From a virus (taxonomy: Duplodnaviria; Caudoviricetes), in IMG/VR virus record IMGVR_UViG_3300013383_000014, positions 1 through 64,000 of that record: DNA of 64,000 nucleotides; one strand, 5' to 3'. Positions 55,533 to 64,000 of this stretch are shown piece by piece. The notes under the pieces are model-generated. The model was not told the origin of the DNA, ran no database searches, and saw only the letters and a program-made list of their open reading frames with translations. Position 1 is the stretch's first letter, and every line of letters begins with the position of its first letter. Both the position numbers and the translations under genes were made by a program.

Positions 55533-56603
55533 ATGCCAATACCAAAATTTTGAATAGACTGGAAACGCAAAAGAGATCAGGAAAATCTCGAACAGGCGCT
55601 ATATGAAAAGATAGACAAAGATAGGGAACTAGAAGAAAGGCAACACTCTCTTCCAGAAGAGAAGCCACTAGAGCAAGAACATCCTGCAATGGATGTTGCT
55701 CTTATATGGACGCAGCCAGGAGGTTGGCTTGCAAAAGTTATGGCTCCTGGTGCTTATAAAGCACTTATAGAAACGGCTATATCCGGAAATACAGAGGACT
55801 TATTGTATAGTGCAACACCGGTTGGGAAAACAAAGTTTGCAGCAAAGACTCTCGAAAATGAAATGAAGGCCTCCGCAAATAAAGGTGTGCGCGATGCCAA
55901 TGCTTTTGTTAAAGACCCAGTAGTGCAGGCGTCTATACAAAGAAATGCAGATTGATTCACGAGACAACAAGCGCTAGGACAAACACAAATACAATGACCT
56001 GCAACTCAGGCTGGTGAATATATTACTCGCGCAAACACGTCTCCAAAAATAGAGCTTGTTGATCTGGGAGTTGTTTCAAATGGGAGAGGGGCTTATGCAA
56101 GAGTTCTACAAGACGGTACAGAGAAGTTTATTTTTACCCCACAAACAATACGTGCTGGATATTCAAATAAGATTGATATAAATAAGAACTTACCAATAGA
56201 AAAAGTGGAGTCAACTGCTTTTCATGAACGACTTCACACCCTTGGATATGGAGATCTTGGATCAAATCCCGTGAATGTAGATATTGCGAATAAAATCTGA
56301 AAATCATACAGCGAAGTACCTGCCCAACTGCACGAGGAGCTAAAATATCTAAAAAACCCAACTGAGACCGCAGCGTGGCTCTCCCAATCTGGCAAAGAAT
56401 TAGGATTAAAACCCGGCTCTAAATATATAGGTAAAGATGGGCTAGAAAAACTCATAACAAAAAACGAAAGACTTAGCAAACTAAAAAAATATTTCAATCT
56501 TCAAACAGAAGATGATTATAAAAGACTGTGGTCCGGTCTAACGGGAACTCTTTTTGGAACAACTGTAATTGTTAATAACTATGGTGGAGCTGGGGGTGAA
56601 TAA
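55533..56603 (+). CDS. zincin-like metallopeptidase-domain cargo protein 2 (code 4, 356 aa)
   Basis: FHERLHTLGYGD..SNPVN, PTETAAW; C-terminal half paralogous to 54250. Confidence 0.7.
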
Positions 56604-56811
56604 TTTTAAAACTTGAACTGTTAACCACGATAAGGCCATACCAGATTGGGCGTATCCTGTTTGAAGTTATTTTGTCGGAGTATCTCCTGCAGTTGTTTTT
56701 GATGGAGAAGACATTGTTGAAACTATTTCAAAATTTAGAAACTTAGATTACTCAGATGTAAAAAAAACTCTGGATTTTTTAGTTGAAAATAAATATATAG
56801 AGTTACCATGA
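56581..56811 (+). CDS. small partner protein 2 (code 4; homology ends at the ATGA overlap 56808-56811, readthrough would add a short tail)
   Basis: PDWAY..W.YF.G.SPAV...KTLDFLVENKYIELP aligns with partner 1. Confidence 0.65.
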
Positions 56812-57230
56812 AACAATATTTCACAGTACAAGAACTCTGCTACTCCGATACAGCAGTAGCAAAGCACATAGATAATACTCCTACAAAGCAAGTAGAAGAG
56901 AACCTTAAAAGACTTATAGATTTTCTGAACTCTCTTAGAGAGAAATGGGGATCCGGAATTAGAATTAACTCTGGATATAGATGCCCTGCTCTTAACAAGG
57001 CTGTAGGCGGCGTTCCGACTTCGGCACACACAACAGGAAATGCAGTTGATCTCTGACCAATAAATGGTCAGTTTGATGCTTTTTGTAAGTTTGTCCTTTC
57101 TTATCTGGACGCTAGTAAAAGCTGGGATCAGTGCATTATTGAGCAATCTGGAAAGAGCAAGTGATTGCATTTTGGATTGTTCAATAATGATGGAAAACAG
57201 AGAAAAATGAAATTCGAAATAAAGAAGTAA
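56808..57230 (+). CDS. peptidase M15A (D-Ala-D-Ala carboxypeptidase-type) endolysin (code 4, 140 aa)
   Basis: YF...EL..S.TA, INSGYRC..LN.AVGG..S.H..G.A.D, DQ.I.E, W(TGA)LH. Confidence 0.9.
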
Positions 57231-58654
57231 TGATACAATACCAAGCAACAGTAAATAAAGACTTTTCAAGTTCAACACAGGAACCAGAGGAGCCAATAAT
57301 AGGATATCAACCAAGATTCCGACCAAAAACACAAGAAACAACACAATCTGCAGAAACCCCGGAAGACACTCAGGTAGAAACGCCTACAGAAACACAGGAA
57401 AACACACCCCAAGTAGAAACGGTTTCCCAAGAGAAACCCCAGGGGGCTGAAATAGACTTTTCCAATACTACTAATCTAGGCATGCGGCACGCTGCTAGTA
57501 AATATCTTCAGCAGAAATTAGGTCTTACAAAGGAACAGGCAGCAGGTTTAGTAGGGGTTTGGCAGGCAGAATCTGGGTTTAATATAAATGCAGAAAACAA
57601 AGAGGAGAAGGCAGGAAAGAACAGTTCTGTAAAATCAAATCAATACGGAATTGGAATTGGGCAATGAACAGGATCCAGGCATGATGATTTTGCTCGTTAC
57701 GTAGCAGAGCATGGTGGAGTTGCCGATCTGAAAACGCAGCTAGATTTTGCAATAGACGAGATACAAAACAAATACAGTGATTATCTAAACAACCTTAGAA
57801 AAGCCCAAACAGCAAAAGATGCGACAGCATATACTTATGCGCAATACACAGGGGCAAACGAGAGAAATATATCTAGCCTAGATGACTTATATGCCCGTGT
57901 TTCAAAAATAGAAGCAAAATATGCGAAAAAACACAAGGAGATGTACGGAAAATCGGGATCTGGAAATCTAGATAGAAGGGTACGTGCTGCTGAGGAGAGT
58001 ATTTTTGCTAAGAAAGGAACAAAGTTGCCGAAATTTCAATGGGGGAAATTGTTGCCGGCAGATACTCGTGGAGAACACATAGATGCCAATGAAATAGGAA
58101 TGAGGCAGGCTTTTATGGAAAACAATTTTTCTTCTACTGGCAAAAGTCCAAAAGGAGCAAAGGGGCTTTTTCAAATTATGCCGGCTGCACTAGCGGATTA
58201 CTTACAGGCAAATCCAAAAATAAAAATAGACCTAGATAACCCAGAAGACAATCAAAAAGTACGAGACTGGAGAATTGGTCGCGATATAGCTTCTGATGTT
58301 TTTACAAAAGGAAATCCATCTGACAGAGTTTTGTGGGCTAAAACATTAGCCGCATATAATTATGGAAGAAGAAATACAATAAATGCTCTTAATAAAGCAA
58401 AACGGGCAGGAAAAGATATATATCAAAGTCTGGACTGACTTGAACACCTCCCGAAGGAAACGAGAGATTACGTTAATTTTATTTTGGAGAGAAAAGATAT
58501 AAATAAACATAAAAATAACGAGAACTATAATAAAGCAAAAGAGGGAGTAGCCCTTTCTTTTGAGGACCCGTTGCCTAAAAAGGCACTGGTAGCAGATCCT
58601 ACTTTTTTATATATACAAAATGAACTTAATAAACAAATAAACCCAGACCATTAG
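57230..58654 (+). CDS. virion-associated muralytic protein: phage tail lysozyme plus SLT transglycosylase domains (code 4, 474 aa)
   Basis: QAAG..G..QAESG, GIGQW(TGA)TG.R; E..F...SPKGA.GLFQIMP, LAAYNYG, LP.ETRDYV. Confidence 0.85.
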
Positions 58655-58671
58655 GCCTGGGTTTTCTGTTT

Positions 58672-59967
58672 TTAATAATTATTTCTACATAAAATTCCTC
58701 CCCTTTTAAAGGAGAACATGGTTTGCGCGGTTGGTGAGTACGCTGGATTCCCACCGGCACCTTCTAAATAATTCACAAATTCAACAGATGGATTCCGCCA
58801 AGATTTTGGTGCAAACTGCCCAACATGCAATCGGCTACTTCCTACAAGTCCTGGAGTATCGGCGATTCTAGGTTGCCATTCTGCGCCTGTTGGAACAGAA
58901 TAAATTTCTGATGGGTTTACGCCTCTACCAGTAACTGCATCTCGATACATAGATCTCGGGGTAGTATAAACTTTCCCTGAAGTTCCGTAGCTATTTCTGC
59001 CATAACCTAATCTTGGTAATCCTGGCTCAAAATTACTACCAAACGTACCTCCTGCAAGGCCACCAACGGTACCACCAATAATTTGACCAAATGGTCTATG
59101 GTAATTCTCGGCAGGCATTGCTGTGGCGATTTGCCCATAATATTGATCAGCTGTAGTAAACCCAGATGTGTCTCCTTCGTGTAAATTTGCAGCGAGGTCT
59201 CCGCCGATTTTGTTACCAAGTGCACCTCCAGCAACACCAAACACAGTGGCCAACGGCGCCGCTGCAAAGGATAAGGGCAGAGCTAATCCTCCTGCGACAG
59301 TAGCAACAGTCCTTCCACCCTTGTTAATTGCATCTCTAACCCCAGTGTTATATGCAAACTGTTTTTGTTTAGTTGTCATAAGTCTACGATCCGGCTTCTT
59401 TCCTCTAGAAACGGCGTCTTCATAAAATTCGTTAAAAATGTCTTGGCCTTGAGGTGTAGATCCCAAAAATTCCCGCCACTGTGTTGCCGATGGATCTTCG
59501 GATCAAAACCAATCCTCGCCCCCCTGGCCATAATATCTTTCTTTAAGTGCCTGTATATCTCTATACATATCGTTTTGTGTAGCCCACTTCTTTCGAGGTG
59601 CAGGTGACTTCTGACCAGTATTGACTCCTCTCACAAAACCAGAATGTGCCCCAGAAGGCCCAGAGGCATCATCTCTATATGGCGAGTTAGTTGCATTTAA
59701 AACTCGGTGAAAACTGTTTGTTGATTCCCCCCACATTCCATCTGCATTTGTTCCCATAGCTTTCTGGTATTCCAGAATCGCCTTATATGTTTCTGGTCCA
59801 AAAATTCCATCTAAATCTCCATTATAGAAAGACTCTCCTATATTGGATTGTTTCACGCCCCCATTACCATTGGAATTTCTTACAGCAAGAAACTGCTGAA
59901 TCTTTCTTATTGTATCTTTATCTGCGTGCTTTTGATAATAAGCTTTTGCTTGTTGATAAGTTGCCAT
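58672..59967 (-). CDS. peptidoglycan-binding-domain protein with Gly/Ala-rich hydrophobic segments (code 4, 431 aa)
   Basis: DGIFGPET..AI..YQ......DG.WG..T; fragments joined through TGA 59503; ends FKRGG. Confidence 0.75.
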
Positions 59968-59972
59968 AAAAA

Positions 59973-60359
59973 TTATATTTTAAAAATATTTTTAATTCAA
60001 TCAAATCTCTTTCTTTTATAATCTAGTTCATTTTCGTGCTCGTATGCTTCCTGTTCAAAAGAAATCATTCTGTAAGCATCATGCTTTTTAATTGCGCAAG
60101 GGATAAGTTTCCAAAGCCACTCAAGCAAGTAAAGGAGATAAAAACAAATTCCCCCAATTAAAAGCCTAAGCCATTCTGGAAAACAATCTGGAGTAAAATC
60201 CATTATCTGTGCATAATGGACCCCCTCGTGTCTAAGCATTCTTTTGTAAGTCTCTGTGCCATCGTACTTTCTGTACTCTTCTCTAATAAAAATCCATTTT
60301 AGGATCGTGATAGCATAAAATCCAGGCACCGGCAAAATTTTGTTATAAATAACTTTCAT
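59973..60359 (-). CDS. small HExxH membrane-associated metallopeptidase-like protein
   Basis: LRHEGVH..Q, Y..Y..EW, AY..ISFE.EAY. Confidence 0.7.
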
Positions 60360-60595
60360 TAATGTTTTCACTTTCTTGCATTTCTAGCGAATGTGATCAT
60401 CTTTCTAACGGATGCATCGCCATCTTTTCAGAGTTCAGCCTCTGTTTTTCCTGTTCTCTTTTTTAGGTTTGTTAATTTCCCCTCATTTTCTGGTTTTATA
60501 TGAATACCAGATTTTGCTTTTATAAGACCGCCATCTCTAAAAGCAGGAATTGGGGTGTATGCCCCAACTAAGTTAAGTAGTCTAAATATGTCCAT
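60359..60595 (-). CDS. small basic crAss-type protein (code 4, 78 aa)
   Basis: FRDGG, SGIHIKPENEGK, FARNARKW(TGA)KH. Confidence 0.7.
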
Positions 60596-60618
60596 AATAT
60601 TTTATTTTTAATGATCTG

Positions 60619-60687
60619 CAAATATATAAAAAATCTGGAGAATAACAAAACAAAAGTTGCAGAAATCAATTATTTTTTATATATTTG
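60619..60687. promoter_or_regulatory. divergent pair of Bacteroidota-type promoters
   Basis: TATATTTG on minus (60619-60626) and on plus (60680-60687). Confidence 0.6.
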
Positions 60688-60739
60688 CGGCAGAATGGAA
60701 CAATAAGTTAATAAACTAAAACTAATAACAAATATATGA

Positions 60740-61240
60740 ATGGATTGGGTATCTATAATATCAATGATAATAGGAGCATTAACTGGTGGAAGTTTTATGT
60801 TTCTTTTAAACCCTAAGGCAGCTAAGAGAAAACCAGAAATAGATAACAAGGCAATCGAGGCTGCCACTAAACAGACAGAGATGCAATCTTATGCAGATGC
60901 TTTTCGTGCAATGCAAGAAACAATTAAGAGTCAAGAGAGTCGAAATCGTGAACTTTTTGAAATGAATGCAAAGGCTCATGAAGAAATAAACGGATTAAAA
61001 TCAGACCTAATGCAATGTTCTAACGCGTTGTGTATCAATTCATTATGTCCTTTAAGGGAACCTGAGAAAGGTTTCGGAGACGAAGTTTTTGCCAGATGTA
61101 AAGAAAACAATGAAAGTTTGTTTAATAACAAAGAATTTTCTGAAATTGCCCGTGAAAAGGGTTATGATGTTAGAAAGATTGGAACGTTGTCAATAACAAA
61201 AAGTGATGAAAATAAAGAAATATCAGAATCTGGCGAATAA
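60740..61240 (+). CDS. N-terminal TM plus coiled-coil protein (possible holin/lysis accessory)
   Basis: MDWVSIISMIIGALTGGSFMFLL followed by heptad-rich region; function is inference. Confidence 0.5.
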   Translation: MDWVSIISMIIGALTGGSFMFLLNPKAAKRKPEIDNKAIEAATKQTEMQSYADAFRAMQETIKSQESRNRELFEMNAKAHEEINGLKSDLMQCSNALCINSLCPLREPEKGFGDEVFARCKENNESLFNNKEFSEIAREKGYDVRKIGTLSITKSDENKEISESGE

Positions 61241-61488
61241 GATACAGCCAGCAGATGATTATAGTAGAAAGGAAAACAACAAACAAAAAACGCAATTAGA
61301 TAATTGTGATATTTTTTCGGATACATATATTCGTGAGTTGAGTTTTTGGAAGAAACAAAAATGAGCCAAGATGAATTAATAAAAGAGCTCAATGAAAATT
61401 ATAAATGATATGATAATGTTTCTCCAAATCCGTACAACGATATAATAAAGAAGTTTAAAAGATAATTAATGTTTAATGAAAATGAATT

Positions 61489-62439
61489 ATGCCAGCAGGA
61501 CACAATGAAAAAGAAAGGTTTTTTAAAGATATAAAAATAGATAAAGAAAACGACGTTTGTTTTTTTAATGACGAACAGCATAAGTACTACAATAAAGAAA
61601 CAATGAAAACGTACGTTTCTTGCACAACCATTGTAAATTCGTACGGACAGCCATTCGATGAAAATTTTTGATCGTCTTATAAAGCATTGGAGGCACTGCT
61701 TCCAATGGAAGTTTGGTTGCCAATTAAAACAACTCTTCTTACTACAAAACGGTTCGACCTGCGTTTACTTAGTAAATTAGGCGTTAACTTAGCTGATTTT
61801 GAACAAAAGAAATCTGAAATACTCGCCGAGTACGAGAGAAAAAGGAACGATGCCTGCATAAAGGGAACTCTTGCACACGAGAAGAAAGAATTGTCTTTTT
61901 ATAACAAAAATCAGTTTGATTTTGGAAAGTACGGTTATAAAGACTTAAAAGGAGAATTTGAGTGTAGAGAAAATTACTACAAACTTGATCTCCAGAATGG
62001 AGTTTATCCAGAATTTCTTATACAATGGCAATCTGATGACGGGGAGTTGATGCTTGCAGGAATATCTGATCTAGTTGTTGTACATGGGACAGACTTATAT
62101 ATTATTGATTGAAAAACATCTAAAACAATTGATAAAAAAAGCTATTTTAACAAAAAAACAGGGAAAAGTGTTAAAATGCAATTTCCGTTAAACAACCTAG
62201 ATGATTGCAATTTTAACCATTATCAATTGCAAACGAGCCTGTATGCATGAATGATACAGCAGCAAAGGCCCGACTTAGTTGTAAAAGGTCTTATGATTGT
62301 ACAGTTGAAGGACGACGGCACAGAGGTTGAATATCCGTGCCAATATCTTAAAGAGGACGTTGAGCATATGATTGCTCACTACAAGAAACAAAAGAAAATC
62401 CAAGCGGAATTAGACCGCGATAAACCTTTTATAATATAA
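61489..62439 (+). CDS. PD-(D/E)XK (Cas4/RecB-like) nuclease (code 4, 316 aa)
   Basis: F.DE.HKY, S.TT, GT..H, E....AG.SDL, IIDW(TGA)KT, Y.LQ.S.YA; three track fragments joined. Confidence 0.85.
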
Positions 62440-62654
62440 TGAGTACACTTTCTGAAAAACGGTTGGCAATATGTGAAAAATGTGGGTTGTACAAAATGAG
62501 CCAGTTTGGCCCAGTTTGCAATTCTAGTAAATATATAAATAAAGAAGGTAAGACCTCCTTTTTGCCAAAGGAAGGATATGTTAAAGGTTGCGGATGTTTT
62601 TTGGAGAAAAAAACACCTCACGTAGATAGTCATTGTGTAGCAGGATTTTGATAA
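62439..62654 (+). CDS. small Cys-rich Zn-binding protein
   Basis: RL.IC..C, GCGC....K.....C...W(TGA). Confidence 0.7.
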
Positions 62655-62878
62655 TGAATATTTTTATAGAAATAAAACATATAATAGTCGGTTGATGGAA
62701 CTGGCTTTTTAAAAGAAATACAGCACTAGCCAAGAAAAGGCTAGATATATGCGCTAGCTGCGATCAGCGCATAAGACTGACAAAAAACGAAGCGATCTGC
62801 AGTCTCTGTGGATGCCTTTTGTCAGCCAAGACTAGAGTGAAAGATGAAAAATGTTTAATGAACAAGTGAAATGAATAA
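62654..62878 (+). CDS. small Cys-rich Zn-binding protein, paralogue of previous (code 4)
   Basis: RL.IC..C, C..CGC....K......C...KW(TGA). Confidence 0.7.
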
Positions 62879-63257
62879 CGTAGCAAAAACAATTTTAGAA
62901 AAGAATATAAAAGATATTAACACAGATGAAGTTGAGATAACGCCATGCAATATGAATGTGATCCTGAAATTTTATGATGAAAATCCATATCGCGAACTAG
63001 AAAAGACTGAGAGTGGATTGATTTTAGGATTGGAAGGGAACAAGCGATATAAATCGAATGAGACCGGAGAAATGGAGGACTCTGAAGAATATATGGCTGT
63101 TGCCAAGGTTGTTGCAGTAGGACCAGCATGCAAATATGTTAATGTAGGAGATGATGTTATTGCTGTTAAAATGATTGCACAACCGATTCCTTTTAGGAAC
63201 AAGGGATATCGAGCAATTAATGAAACAAATATAATATGTAGAATAGTTAAAAAGTAA
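62871..63257 (+). CDS. groES: co-chaperonin GroES-like protein
   Basis: P....V, KTESGLIL, KVVAVGP, V.VGD.V, I.E.NI. Confidence 0.75.
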   Translation: MNNVAKTILEKNIKDINTDEVEITPCNMNVILKFYDENPYRELEKTESGLILGLEGNKRYKSNETGEMEDSEEYMAVAKVVAVGPACKYVNVGDDVIAVKMIAQPIPFRNKGYRAINETNIICRIVKK

Positions 63258-63258
63258 T

Positions 63259-63495
63259 ATGATCACTGAAAATGACAAGATCTATTTCGTGCCCGGAGAT
63301 ATAGTAGTGGTACGACACGAAGAGCTGGATAATAGACCAGCAATGTACGTTGTAGAAAAAGTTACAAAAACTTTTATAAATAAAGAATCATCCGAACGTG
63401 AGTCTATTTTTACTGGCCTGCGTTGTAGGTGGTTTTCAAAAGATGGGGAACTGCAAGAGGCAGTTTTCTCTACAAAGGATTTAGTACACATTTAA
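63259..63495 (+). CDS. DUF2158/YodC-like small protein
   Basis: PGD.V......P.M.V, CRWF...G.LQ...F. Confidence 0.65.
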   Translation: MITENDKIYFVPGDIVVVRHEELDNRPAMYVVEKVTKTFINKESSERESIFTGLRCRWFSKDGELQEAVFSTKDLVHI

Positions 63496-63496
63496 T

Positions 63497-64000
63497 ATGG
63501 ATGAAAAAACACTACAAGCAGCTGCACAGACGTTTTGTTTAGTTCCAGAAATATATGCACAGGCATTCAAACAAGCTGGTGCAGATTTCCCGGATGAGTT
63601 AGTTGCCCAGATCAAGAAACAGCCACAACAAGCAATGCAGATGCTCCAGGAAGATAAAGAGCTTTTGCAGGGAGTTGTAACAATCTACTCACAATACCAC
63701 GATCAGATCGATCAAGTTGCTGCTCAAGCCGCACAACAGGCAGGTCTTTTTAAGAAGGGTGGGAAGTTGGAACAACTTTTAGTTAAAGCGCAGGATGGCA
63801 CAAAAACAAAAGTTCCAGAATGAATTTCAAGAAACAAGTATGTTTCACAAGAATACGGATCGGACGGGACCGTTCAAGTAGAGGCTGCTCCAACACGTAA
63901 ATCATTAACTGTGAATCAAAAGAAAGATCCGAATAGTGATTTTAATGTCGCAATGGGCGACTACCTGGATAACCATCTATATGTTAACGCCGATAAAAAT
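63497..64000 (+). CDS. probable virion cargo protein, runs off the window (code 4)
   Basis: Frame stays open past TGA 63821; FKKGG and AQDG motifs. Confidence 0.6.

Noticed and set aside
61206-61468. Confident gene call between 61240 and 61489
   Set aside because: Only short or broken frames are present; a KYQN-type start exists but the product is unclear

Overview
This 64 kb AT-rich window is from a large Bacteroidota-infecting, crAss-like (Crassvirales-type) phage genome. The ORF track is fragmented because TGA is read as Trp (code 4), supported by a phage tRNA with a UCA anticodon at 28251-28322; CDS coordinates below are re-called in code 4 by hand. Positions 1-25.6 kb (minus strand) hold replication and nucleotide genes: NrdD and DnaB each split by a group I intron with a homing endonuclease, primase, SSB, PolA, SF2 helicase, RNase H, resolvase, exonuclease and GroEL. 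Positions 25.6-46.8 kb (minus) hold many small accessory genes, five canonical tRNAs, three tRNA-like RNAs with altered anticodon arms, a Ro60/TROVE-related DUF2828 gene with neighbouring motif-bearing RNAs, and ClpP. Positions 47-54 kb contain the strand switch, three paralogous HTH Rep-like genes each behind its own iteron-like array, and a ~470-nt structured non-coding region. Positions 51.6-64 kb (mostly plus) hold cargo/effector-like genes (ART-like, two zincin plus small-partner pairs), an M15 endolysin, muralytic enzymes, a nuclease and GroES. The best candidates for undescribed systems are (1) the three iteron/Rep cassettes with different repeat specificities and (2) the DUF2828 protein with tRNA-scaffolded and free stem-UCMGCA RNAs. 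All family assignments come from motif recognition by eye; no searches were run.
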